From Ginkgo biloba (lineage: Eukaryota; Plantae; Ginkgophyta): a stretch of 20,867 nucleotides of DNA. The stretch covers positions 50,968,747-50,989,613 of the forward strand of contig JANKJI020000004.1 of NCBI GenBank assembly GCA_024626585.2, in the 5' to 3' direction. The first letter of the stretch is position 1. Every line of letters starts with the position of its first letter. Positions 1 through 11,359 of this stretch are shown piece by piece. Position numbers and translations under genes: made by a program. A model generated the notes under the pieces. The model made no database searches and was not told the origin of the DNA. It worked only from the letters and a program-made list of their open reading frames with translations.

Positions 1-223
1 TGAAAGTAACCAGGACTAGCTTCATTGTTATTCATCCTGGCAGACCCACTCTCTTCCTCTCTTTATATTTCTTCTCCTCCTTCTTTCTTAGCATTTTCGA
101 GTATGTCGATGGACATATCCTAGAAGATTTTTTCATTCCTGGTAAGGCTAGGAGGGGCTTATCTAATCTAGGAAGGATGTGAATGCAACAAGACCCAAAG
201 ATGCCTCATGATAAAATTAAAAT

Positions 224-1223
224 CACATGCACTAATCTGGGAAGAGAGTCAATATCCTAGAAAGATAAATTAAGTACTAAGATGCTCAGGAAGATAAGGA
301 GGAACAAGGAGCACATCAAATGAACCTAAGATCCATAGTTCTATTAAAATGGATTTAAGTCATATGTTCTAACTAAAAAAGAAATGAGTATGCTTCCTAG
401 TAGGCTTAAGCAGTCTTAGTGCACCTAAGTAATTTATGACAAACTAAGAAGAATTTTCACACAAAGTATGAACCCCAAGCTATATTTGAGTCACGTGCAC
501 TAAGGAACCAAGGTGAAAGAAATAATACCAATGAAGAATCATTCCCTGGGAGGTGTTTCCTTCCTAGTCTCCTCAAGAGCTTCATTAATCCTTAAGATGT
601 TGAAACCCTTTAATAAGTGTGAAATGATTTCCTAGAATGATTCTTATCAACTTGGTCGATTGAAGAGAAAAAGTAGGACTCAAGAGAGTTATAAGGTGGT
701 AGTGCACTTATAGTAATCCACAAATAATAGTAATGACCTATCTTATAATGCACTAAAGTGGCATGTGTTATTCCACCTCGCGAGGAAAATAAGAAAATTA
801 ATGGCAAATAAGGGATAGATAAGTGGTAAAGATTGATCAAACTCTCCTTGGAGAGTGAGGATGGTTAATGATCTTTAATTCACTATCCTCACCCCCGATA
901 AATTCCTATTCATTTAAATTATTATGATTTATTTGTGCAAATTCCTAATACCTCCTTATTCTATGAAAACTAAAATAATTTTGAAGATTGTTGAAGATGA
1001 GTAGTTATAAATTTTAGAAGTTCTTTATGGTAATAATGGAGGCATGATTATTATGGATGATAGAATATTTGGAAGGTAGCCTAGACTTGTATTCCTAGGA
1101 ATAGAAATGATTCTCCATTGAAGATGCAACTAGTTAACATTTCTTAGAGTTTTCCAACTTACTATGCTCTAGGGTAGTTTAGTATACGATGGCCCCTACA
1201 CTCTATTTACCATACCCCATCAT
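224..1223 (+). repeat. Copy 1 of a diverged ~1 kb repeat (LTR-retrotransposon internal segment)
   Basis: Aligns by eye with 1324..2192 (shared cacatgcactaat, cactaaggaaccaaggtgaa, attgatcaaact, cattgaagatg). Ends at an N gap. Confidence 0.85.
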
Positions 1224-1323
1224 NNNNNNNNNNNNNNNNNNNNNNNNNNNNNNNNNNNNNNNNNNNNNNNNNNNNNNNNNNNNNNNNNNNNNNNNNNNNN
1301 NNNNNNNNNNNNNNNNNNNNNNN

Positions 1324-3328
1324 CACATGCACTAATACAGGAAGAGATTTGGCATTCTGGCAAGACAAAAGCAATCCTGAGATGCTAAAAAATATAAGAT
1401 GGAGCAAGGAGCATGTTGGATGAACCTAGGATCCACGGTATCATTAAAATGCATTTGAGGCACTTTCACTAAGGAACCAAGGTGAATGAAAGAAAACTAA
1501 TTAAGAATAATTACCTGGGAGGTGTTTTCTTCCTGGTATCCTTAGGAGCTTCTTTAACCCTTAGGGCATCGCAACCCTTCAAGAAGTACAAAATGCTCTC
1601 TTGAAAGGCTTCATGTAAACTTAGCAAATAAATGAAAAAATACAAGACTTAAGAGAGCTATGAGATGGCACCACACTTATAGTAATCAGTGGCTGGTAGC
1701 AATGACTTATCTTGTAACACCCTAAAGTGGAATGCGTGGTTCCTCCTTACGAGGTGGACAAGGCAATCAATGGAAAATAAGGGCAGGACAAGTGGAAAAT
1801 ATTGATCAAACTTTCCTTAGGGAAAGAGGATGGTTAATGCTATTTAATTTGACATCCTCACCCCCCACCACTTCTTGTTCATTTAAATTTTTATGCTTCT
1901 TCTACATCAAGTCCTAATACCTCTTGAGCTTGCACAAACTAAAAGAGTTATGAAGATGTTTGAATTTAAATAGCTATAAGTTATAAAATTTATTTCTAGT
2001 AACAATGGTGACATAGTCATTCTAGATGATAGAAGCCTTGAAATGTAACTTGGACTTCTACGGCCATGAATGGGAATGATTCATCATTGAAGATGTAATT
2101 TAACAACTTCAATAGGATTTTGTAGACCTATTTCACTTTGGGATAGTATATTATGTGATGGCCCACACACTCTATTCACCATAACTAATCATGGTAGAAA
2201 TGCTCTATCATTTTGAGGACAATGCCTTATGGTTCTAAGATAAAGTAGTCCATATGAATAAATAATTGATTCACCATATCACTAGTCTCCCTCTCTCAGG
2301 TGATCAAATTAACCTTAGAGAAGAAGTAAGGTTTATGAGGAGAAAATTCATCCTGAAAAATCTTTTTATAGAGTGCGAGGAGGCTAAAGTATGGAATAAA
2401 TCCAATAATTTTATAATAAATTACATCACCCATGAAAGAGCCAAATGGGTGGCCAAGTTTCTAACTAGGAGATTAGTTGACATAGAGGCCATCGCTTATT
2501 TGAATCACCAATGGGCCAATATCATAGCCAAATTAGCCAAGGGAAATGTCTATTCATGGGAACCATGGATAATAGATAGATTCAAGGAGCACTATATGGA
2601 ATCTCAAATGTTTGGGCATAATTTTCCCATGAATTATTTGCTCGTGGTCATCTATATGGAAGCCCTTAGTACCCCATGATGGATATAACTAGATGAAGAA
2701 CCTTAGCTTAATTCCTACTCATGCCTACACAGGAAGAAAGTGGCCATGGAAGAAAAGGCAATAAATACTTGTTTGGGAAAATTCTATCTAATGCTACAGT
2801 GGCTAAATGACAAGATTCAAGAAAGCATAAAATTACATAAACACATCAAAAATTAATGGAGGGAGGTGAAATGGATAAAATATGATCAAACAACATACAC
2901 TTCCTTCATCTTAGTGAATGTAGTAGGTGATAGAAGACTAATCCTAGTCTGGCCTCACCTGTCATGGATTGAGAGGACCATCTTAAAATTAATAATGATA
3001 TACAACCTAGGGTCCACCTTAAGGCCAAAGAGGAAATTGATCATAGATCATACACTTATTTCCTAGAGGGCCCAACACTATTATTGGAATTGCACCATCA
3101 ATAAGGAACACTTTTCTAAGGAACCCTACAACATGATATGGTTACCACCTGACTTTCCAGGAATCACTCTTCTTGAAGCTCAAGGAAAAGGAGACATGAT
3201 AAAGAAAGAAAAGAGGAGGAGATCTGCCTCAAAGGAGTGAAAATCCCTAAAGAGAAAGCATTTAAAAGAGGGGTATAAATACGAAATAAGAGAGAGAGAG
3301 AGAAGAAAAGACATTAACTTGAAGGATT
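1324..3328 (+). mobile_element. Copy 2 of the same segment, extending through a decayed accessory ORF; probable Ty3/gypsy-type element
   Basis: Homology to 224..1223. Contains HFEDNALWF*DKVVHMNK*LIHHITSLP, which resembles (from memory) extra ORFs of plant/gymnosperm LTR elements. Confidence 0.6.
2005..3328 (+). pseudogene. Degenerate retrotransposon accessory ORF, about 440 codons in one frame
   Basis: ATG 2005 and track ORFs starting 2266, 2866 and 3319 share one frame. The interruptions are TAG/TAA/TGA stops; K/R/E-rich end. Confidence 0.55.
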
Positions 3329-6300
3329 NNNNNNNNNNNNNNNNNNNNNNNNNNNNNNNNNNNNNNNNNNNNNNNNNNNNNNNNNNNNNNNNNNNNNNNN
3401 NNNNNNNNNNNNNNNNNNNNNNNNNNNNATCAACAAACCATATAACTACTAAAAGGAGGGTAAAACCTAAACACCAACTTAGCACTCATGGGGTTCCCAC
3501 ACCCCTCCACTAGTTATCCCAAAAATGTGCACGCATAGGACCAAGTGCCCTTAGTGATGGACATCAATCCCCCCAACAAGTCTTCGGTTGAAACCCAAAC
3601 AACCCTAGACAAGTCTCTAGGGTTTCTATAGGTAGGGTGAATTTATACCTATAATATTATTTTTGCAATTAACACATTTGTCTAGTACATATAAGCACCA
3701 CTTATGCACAAATGTGGTAAACTAACCCCATGATAGGGGTGGCCTACTTAGAATAGGCTGTTTCTTAAGTGTAGTTTTTGACCATCAATTATTCATGCAA
3801 ATATTAGAAAAAACATTTTCATGTAGAACTACAGAAAATTCCATTAATTTATGCTAGTTGGAAAAATATTGCAGAATTAGGGTTAATAGAATACTCAAAG
3901 ATTTAGTGGCTTAATAGATGAATGGTTGAAGATACCAAGCAACCCTATGAAGCAAAACACCTCCCTTCTACAATCTTATCTAGAGTGCCCTTTCCAAAAT
4001 CTTTAGAAAATGCAAATCTATAGCTAGAAACCTAGTGCAACCTTTCAAAAAGGCCTACATCATCCTTCTAGGTTTTCTATAGCCCCCAAAAGGACTAAAA
4101 TCTAGTGAAAATGGTCCAAGTGAAGTGCCTTGGCTTGAGGATACGATCTAAGCACACGACGTGTAGGAAGCCTTTGGAACTACATCACTATCTGGATTGT
4201 ACCAATTCTAGCAGCATGTAAAAAAACAACAAAGTAGAATAACATAGCATTAGCAAGCCAAAAATGAACTAGAATGCAAGAATGGAGTGAAAGAGACAGC
4301 GAAGGCACCTGACTTAGAAGAATGGAATGATGCAAAAAGAATTGCTAAAGCCAATAGCAAACTCCATATAAATAGGCAAGTCCGGGCACAACCTACCACA
4401 AAAGGGTTGAACTTGTCCTTGGAGATGCCCTTCTCTCAAAANNNNNNNNNNNNNNNNNNNNNNNNNNNNNNNNNNNNNNNNNNNNNNNNNNNNNNNNNNN
4501 NNNNNNNNNNNNNNNNNNNNNNNNNNNNNNNNNNNNNNNNNNNNNNNNNNNNNNNNNNNNNNNNNNNNNNNNNNNNNNNNNNNNNNNNNNNNNNNNNNNN
4601 NNNNNNNNNNNNNNNNNNNNNNNNNNNNNNNNNNNNNNNNNNNNNNNNNNNNATTGTCGAAGCTTGAATCATGTTAAATTGATGTATGATCATTTCAATC
4701 ATAATCACATATCAGTCCATATAGCATTAGTCTATGGAGAAAATCATAACCACCATCATAACACTTCTGAAGTCATTTTTTATGCAGTTGTAAGAGCCAT
4801 CATTCTATTCATTACTTGCTCCAAATGACTATGGGTTTGAGGCAATTTGTTGGAGGAAGAGAAGGCTCTAACTCTTCAGAATATGAGAAAAGCTAGAACA
4901 GACTTATCTTCTATCTGGTTTCATAGCTTAATATTAACATCATACATACTCAAAATGTGAATCTAAGGAAATGCAACCTGCTTAGAACAAATCACAAACT
5001 ATAGATGCTACCCTTCCCCATAAGCATGGAAATCCTTGGCTCGAACCAGTTGAAAACTATACTATCTATTCAAATGGCTTCTATTTCTTTCTCTTACTAA
5101 GCAAGACATCAAAATGCTTTTATAGCAATACTCTCTATAGCCCTCACATGGTGCTTTTTGTGGCTCAAAGTAACTTTAAACCTTGGAAGATTTTGTTCGT
5201 AGACCTTTAATAGGTTGGATTGCTCATTCCTTTGAGAAGAGGTGACCTTTTCATCTTGCATTAATNNNNNNNNNNNNNNNNNNTATGCATTGAGACCTTC
5301 AATCTAATTCAAAGACTCTTAGATGAACAGCAAGCAAAGTAGGTACAAATCCTGACTTGGAAGAATTATCCTAGCGTTTCTCATGACATTGTGCCAACTA
5401 CTCATTGCAGGATATATAATGAATGATAGACAAATAGGAAGAAATCAATGATACCTTGGATATGATAAATCTGAAAGAAATGTTTGCATCATGCTTTAAA
5501 GGAGGATTTGGCACCTGAGCACACACGAGGAGGCTTGGTTCTGGAGATGGCAATCATGGATTGCTACAATTTAAAACACACATAATATAACTAGAGCAGC
5601 TCCGCATATTTACACTGTATCGAATGAATCCATTGAGGACACAAACTTGACGAGTCTCCAGGTAAAACTAGAAGGATATCTTGCACTATATCCATAGGGA
5701 TTATAAATTTTATGATGGCATATATTGCTTTTGTAACTACCCACTAAAGAGAATAAAGTCTGCTCTCTAGGTATTATGTATTTTATTATCAGTCTTTGAC
5801 AATCCAAGGATATTTTCATATGGTTCTAACAGCATTTGTAAGAAAACAATTGTTGGAGCAATACCAGTCAACTAGATTTTCTTCAATGCACATGAACCTA
5901 TATCAACTTGCCAAGCAGCAAAAACCTTGAGACTTGCTTCCAGTTACAAAGATCCAACCACAATAACACAAAGTGCTCAATTTGACTTGTTCTAAGAAGA
6001 AATGCAAACATCCATGTATACAATAATTTTTGCAAGGGAACCAGGTAAAGCATAATGAGAAGATGGACAAGGAATTTACAAAAATATGAAGTATGATCAA
6101 CCTTGCAAACTTCTACAAATTTAACCTTGAAAGGTGGGCCAAAGTTAGCTAAGAAGAGTGCATTAAAATTCAACCTTCNNNNNNNNNNNNNNNNNNNNNN
6201 NNNNNNNNNNNNNNNNNNNNNNNNNNNNNNNNNNNNNNNNNNNNNNNNNNNNNNNNNNNNNNNNNNNNNNNNNNNNNNNNNNNNNNNNNNNNNNNNNNNN

Positions 6301-6527
6301 NNNNNNNNNNNNNNNNNNNNNNNNNNNNNNNNNNNNNNNNNNNNNNNNNNNNNNNNNNNNNNNNNNNNNNNNNNNNNNNNNNNNNNNNNNNNNNNNNNNN
6401 NNNNNNNNNNNNNNNNNNNNNNNNNNNNNNNNNNNNNNNNNNNNNNNNNNNNNNNNNNNNNNNNNCAAATCTATTGTAAAACTTGCAGAAACAAATACTA
6501 ATTGTCATGTGGATATATATTATATAC

Positions 6528-6892
6528 TCACTGTCCATCATGGACAGATGCAAGCAATGTTAAATACTCTGCAATGGCCTCGCCCTCTTTTTCTATATCA
6601 ATGTCATAGTCTGCCAGTGGGTCTCCGGTTAAGTTATTTGCAATATCTTCCTCCATCTCATTATCTCGGGCTTCAAGTAGTGCACTGGTGTCTACATTTT
6701 GATTTTCTGCAAAACCTTGCACCTGGTCTACAAAAGCAGATGTATTACCAGGCTCTCCTCCTCCCTCATTTTCAGTATGACCCTCATTGTTAATAGTAGC
6801 ACTGGAACCTGCAGCTGGATTTTCAACCTCTCGACTAAGAAGGTAATTTATTGCCTGCTCCTTTGTGTCTGAACATAGTAAAGCTGTAAAAG
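6528..6892 (-). CDS. NUB1: NUB1 terminal exon: end of UBA3, low-complexity linker and acidic C-terminus, to stop
   Basis: Acceptor gatcag|CT, open to TGA at 6528; RDNEMEEDIA...DPLADYDIDIEKEGEAIAEYL tail. Confidence 0.9.
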
Positions 6893-9718
6893 CTGATCCA
6901 ACATAATCAAGTACAGGTTACCACATGAATAAGAAATGTAAAATCCAAGTAATCTGAAATCTGTAGCTCTCTAAAGAGCAGACTTGAAAACAAAGAATAA
7001 ACTAAATATTTCACTGGCCACCTCTTTCTCTATCAAAGCCCATGCACATCATAGCATTAATATCCTCTTCCTGGACAGATTTCCTCTTCTTTCGTCTTCT
7101 GGACTCAATAGCATACTACAAAAAAAAAGGACATCATCTCCATTCATCAAAACCAGCAAGGTGAATTCTTCAACAGTGGCAAGCTCAAATTGTATGTAGC
7201 AAAAATTAAAACTTGTGTACGAAGAAACAGTTATTGTACTCTCAGTAATGAAGGAACAAACCTGCAGAGCAGAATTAGAGATAGGATCTGTTAATTCATC
7301 CAAGGCTTTTTCTCTGTCATTTTCATTCTTTCGAAGTGCTTCTGCTGCTAGGGATCTCTCATACCTTAAGCACCCCAAGCAACTCTTAGATCCATTTTTT
7401 TCCTTAGAAAATTATCACTGATAATGAAATCCTAGAATGAAAAATATTAGATATGAGAATATCCACTTTTGGATATGATTCAATGTCCAATCGGAATTGG
7501 CTGTTACTCACCCAATTGAAACAAGCTCATTTAGTTTTGTCATGTCTACTGCCTTTCCCAAAGGTGTCATACCATAAGTTTTTTGTTCCCTGCCAGTCAA
7601 GACCAACTTCTTTACAACCTAGTAAACATAAAACATCACGAAGATGTGCACATGCATTTTCATAGAACTCCTCCTCTCATATAATGCTAGTGGCAATTAG
7701 AAGTCCCTTTTTGCTAAATTTGATTTCCAATAGAAACAGAATGATCACCTGATCTGTCTTTGCCATTGCTCATCTTCCTCTCTTTTCTGATTTGTTCTTG
7801 CCCTTTCTTCTATTGCAAAATCCACTGCACGTTGTACATCTTGGCCGGACATCCTTAAAGCTCTTCTTGCTTGTTGTTCTGTATAGCCCATGCTTATAAG
7901 TTTGGACAAAGCTTCATCTGAGATTTGAAGCTGCCCAACAGAACAAACATACATAAAGCAAACCTAAATCTGACTCAATACAATTAACAGCTCCAAGAAT
8001 AACAAAACCAACTATTGAACGGAATCTCCAAAGAATGAAAAACGCTCGAAAATCATCTTTAAGAATGCATTAATCCAAAAGTAAAATGCACTTCAAACAT
8101 TAACACTAAAAGGTTGGAACAATGAACCTGATGAAATTTGTCTTGAGCTGACATTAGTGACTTGCGAGATTCTTTCAATAATCCTCCGTAGTAAGCAACA
8201 ACTCCTTCCAGAAGCTCTAGTCGTGTATAACTGCCCAATAATGATCACTGAGCAAGTGAATCTAGAATCGACGATTCATTACAGAACCAAAATGCGGAAC
8301 AGAGCAAACTCAGACTAACAATAATAATGCTCCACTCCAAGTTCTGGCATGTATTGCATGTTCCAAATATGTACTTGCAATAAGTTGGTTTGCTACTCCA
8401 CAAACATCAAAACTTAAAATTATAACCTAGTCCTCTTTTGCTTGGGCATTTAGTAAATTTTACTATCCATTATTACTCATCAAATGTCATAGTGGATAGA
8501 AGCATATTCATCTTCATGCAAAATCAAAGCTTGGGAAAGAAGACATACGTAGCAAGTTCTGGACAAAAACCTCCTTGTAGCACCCTAACTCGCTCCAGAT
8601 TTGCACCATAGCAATGTGCAAGCCCATTTCGGGCTTCCTTTAACCGTATCCCAGCCATAGTCAAACAGGATATGTCCCGCAGCATGAAATAACACCAAAC
8701 TGTGTCTATTTGCAATAGTGAGACATTATCCACCATCTACCAATAAGATAGGAAGGGAAGAGTGCATATGCAAGTCATTTAAGGAGCACCAGACAAAATT
8801 TGCCAACAAACACATTCTTGGATTAATCATCAAATAATAAATCAGTTAGCACAACCCACCTCAAGTATCTTCCGATCACAAAGGGAAAAAGCCTCCTGCA
8901 AGAAACACAATTATCAAAAAATTGCAAGCCAAATTTCACCATGTCCATTTTGACCTGTCCTCTAATAGTCGGACTACCGATATCCCAACCATTATGTATA
9001 ACATATGCCTACTACACAGTACCAAACTCCTTTTTTGCAGTTTTTAGTAAGAAAGCTTTGTCTGTAATTTATTCGGGCCCTTTCATTTCCTAGGTCAGAT
9101 TGACAGAAACAATCAGAACAAAAGAATACCAAGAAGCAATGCCATACACATTCACAAAAGTGAAAATAAACTACGACGCAAGGGCTGGCTGTGACATGGT
9201 TATCTGTATGAAAATTCCAAAAAGACAACAATGAGAAAATCCACTGGTTACCTCTCCCATGCCAAGAATATCAAGAGCCTCCTTATATTGTCCTTTTCTG
9301 ATGAGATGCCGACCTTTCGCATGCAGCATCAAACCCATGACAACAGCCCTGCCATGTTAGGCACCTTTTGGTTCAATATTGATCTTCCTTTAAGTTCCAA
9401 ATAAGTGGCACAAGTTCTTATAANNNNNNNNNNNNNNNNNNNNNNNNNNNNNNNNNNNNNNNNNNNNNNNNNNNNNNNNNNNNNNNNNNNNNNNNNNNNN
9501 NNNNNNNNNNATGTACACTAAGGAAGAACAAAATGAAGCAGCTGTGTATTAGTTGAAAGTGAAAGGAACCAGTAAAGGCGAAAGTACAATCATACCTTCG
9601 ATCAGTCTCAGATCCAACTTTCATCTTTTCCCCACTCTGATTCTCAAGTTCAATGTTGAAGTCATCAAGTGACAATGAATCTTCAGTATGTCTCTTTGCC
9701 ATTGCATCTACCGCGGCT
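6528..9718 (-). CDS. NUB1: NEDD8 ultimate buster 1 (NUB1) homologue, 5'-partial; complement(join(6528..6892,7022..7115,7262..7364,7512..7589,7749..7930,8128..8230,8549..8736,8860..8895,9252..9348,9596..9718))
   Basis: Manual splicing gives nine GT-AG introns with matching phases and 1369 nt of coding sequence with no internal stop, ending at TGA 6528. Peptides DFNIELENQSG, GLMLHAKG, IDTVWCYF, RLELLEGVVAY, three UBA MGY/IGY/MGF motifs and YDIDIEKEGEAIAEYL match plant NUB1 as recalled from memory (no search run). Confidence 0.93.
7022..7115 (-). CDS. NUB1: NUB1 exon with basic motif and start of UBA3: YAIESRRRKKRKSVQEEDINAMMCMGFDRER
   Basis: Acceptor ttttttgtag|TAT, donor G|gtggcc; 94 nt; read in a different frame from the ORF-track 7049..7378 tail. 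Confidence 0.88.
7262..7364 (-). CDS. NUB1: NUB1 exon, UBA2: YERSLAAEALRKNENDREKALDELTDPISNSALQ
   Basis: Acceptor cttaag|G, donor CAG|gtttgt; 103 nt. Confidence 0.92.
7512..7589 (-). CDS. NUB1: NUB1 exon: EQKTYGMTPLGKAVDMTKLNELVSI (start of UBA2)
   Basis: Acceptor ggcag|G, donor GG|gtgagt; 78 nt. Confidence 0.92.
7749..7930 (-). CDS. NUB1: NUB1 exon with UBA1: LQISDEALSKLISMGYTEQQARRALRMSGQDVQRAVDF...
   Basis: Acceptor ggcag|CTT, donor AG|gtgatc; 182 nt; canonical UBA MGY loop. Confidence 0.94.
8128..8230 (-). CDS. NUB1: NUB1 exon: YTRLELLEGVVAYYGGLLKESRKSLMSAQDKFHQ
   Basis: Acceptor ggcag|T, donor CAG|gttcat; 103 nt. Confidence 0.92.
8549..8736 (-). CDS. NUB1: NUB1 exon: MVDNVSLLQIDTVWCYF...GGFCPELA
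   Basis: Acceptor gtag|ATG, donor AC|gtatgt; 188 nt. Confidence 0.93.
8860..8895 (-). CDS. NUB1: NUB1 36-nt microexon: EAFSLCDRKILE
   Basis: Acceptor tttcttgcag|GAG, donor GAG|gtgggt; phase 0 to 0; fills the expected gap between flanking exons. Confidence 0.88.
9252..9348 (-). CDS. NUB1: NUB1 exon: AVVMGLMLHAKGRHLIRKGQYKEALDILGMGE
   Basis: Acceptor ggcag|G, donor GAG|gtaacc; 97 nt. Not in the ORF track because it is short. Confidence 0.92.
9596..9718 (-). CDS. NUB1: NUB1 first visible exon: AAVDAMAKRHTEDSLSLDDFNIELENQSGEKMKVGSETDR
   Basis: Acceptor tttgcag|A, donor AG|gtatga; 123 nt, phase 2 to 2. Confidence 0.9.
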
Positions 9719-11359
9719 CTGCAAAGCATTGGAAACAGTTTTTCAACACTCACAGCTACTTATTAAATCACAANNNNNNNNNNNNNNNNNNNNNNNNNNN
9801 NNNNNNNNNNNNNNNNNNNNNNNNNNNNNNNNNNNNNNNNNNNNNNNNNNNNNNNNNNNNNNNNNNNNNNNNNNNNNNNNNNNNNNNNNNNNNNNNNNNN
9901 NNNNNNNNNNNNNNNNNNNNNNNNNNNNNNNNNNNNNNNNNNNNNNNNNNNNNNNNNNNNNNNNNNNNNNNNNNNNNNNNNNNNNNNNNNNNNNNNNNNN
10001 NNNNNNNNNNNNNNNNNNNNNNNNNNNNNNNNNNNNNNNNNNNNNNNNNNNNNNNNNNNNNNNNNNNNNNNNNNNNNNNNNNNNNNNNNNNNNNNNNNNN
10101 NNNNNNNNNNNNNNNNNNNNNNNNNNNNNNNNNNNNNNNNNNNNNNNNNNNNNNNNNNNNNNNNNNNNNNNNNNNNNNNNNNNNNNNNNNNNNNNNNNNN
10201 NNNNNNNNNNNNNNNNNNNNNNNNNNNNNNNNAATAACCTCTGATTAAATATATCATACATGATTGGCAATCACTGATTGCATCAATAAGCACATGTATT
10301 ACAAAATCAGGCTTGCAATATTCAGGCAACGCCTAGTCAAACTTCTATTTTCAATTTGAAAGTGGGCTACTTTGGCCTTTTTGCATTATAAAAACCAAAC
10401 TCATTCGAGTTGAAATCCACAGCCACCAAAGAGGGTATCCTTCTGTACCAAAATACTTAGGTACTGCCTCTAGTCCCTCCTATTCTTGGATCCAACCTAG
10501 GGATTTGACAGGGCTATATCTCTATCACAGGGTATATGGCCCAGAAAACCATCACATGCAAGTTGATCATTTTCATTTTCCATGTCCCTTTCTCCTCAAA
10601 ATACCAAAAAAGAACATTATTATGTCTAGAAGTGCTAATGAATGGATTTCATCAAGAAAAAACAACATACAACCTTCTTGGGTCAAACCGTAATTAAATA
10701 TGCAATTACCATGTATCAAATTTATGGCAAGAAACCTTCATTACATCCATAAAAAACTTTGAATAGTTCATCAATGCATCATTAAAGTCATATACAAGTT
10801 AGGGCTTCATTATGCATGAGGGTTGTAATATGCCCTACATGACTAAGCATCACTCCAGCATAATACTCCGAAAACACAGCCATAAAACCTAAACAATAGA
10901 CCTATTGGTAACTGGAAACATGCTTATCTATGGCTTATTAAAGCATACATACAGAAGGTGATCAATTTCTTGATGGTTGTGCACAATTATGGACTAAAAC
11001 CCTACAACATGCATACATTTCCAACGTACCAGTGTCATAACAAATCATCAAAGGCAAGGAGCAACATCAAACACAGAATCAGATTAGGAAAGGGCTTCTA
11101 GAGGACCAGTATAAANNNNNNNNNNTTAGGAGTATGATATTGAGCTCAGACCAACCAAACTTTTAAGGGGGCAAGGCTTGACGAAATTGATGACAGAGAA
11201 TTGTTTCTTGTCCTTTGAAGGCTTCCTCACATCCAGTGAAATTAAAACTGCTCCAAAGTCTGCTCCCCTACAAGCTTGATGTTGAATGTAATCAGATGAG
11301 TTCTTGAACATTGTTCTTCTATGCAATAAGGAATTCCACCATGCATTTAACTGGCTAGT

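Noticed and set aside
4740-5265. Faint resemblance to the L1 ORF2 linker (GNLLEEEKAL...NPWLEPVENYT) on the plus strand
   Set aside because: Too degenerate to support without a profile search.
6707-6808. Possible in-frame exitron (81 or 102 nt) in the NUB1 last exon
   Set aside because: Weak donor (gttcca) and a purine-rich interior, unlike U-rich plant introns; no support without RNA-seq.
7049-7261. ORF-track extension VCSFITES...RILML as NUB1 coding sequence
   Set aside because: It is read-through of a 146-nt intron; the real next exon is in another frame.
6509-7665. Plus-strand ORFs (6509, 6984, 7215, 7453)
   Set aside because: Antisense shadows of NUB1 exons and introns with no recognisable motifs.
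9669-10329. Long ORFs spanning N-runs (also near 4287-4708 and 6103-6553)
   Set aside because: Artefacts of untranslatable gaps.
11126-11326. LISLDVRK resembling the LINE RT motif LDFEKAF
   Set aside because: A single short motif that needs a frameshift, with no neighbouring RT motifs.
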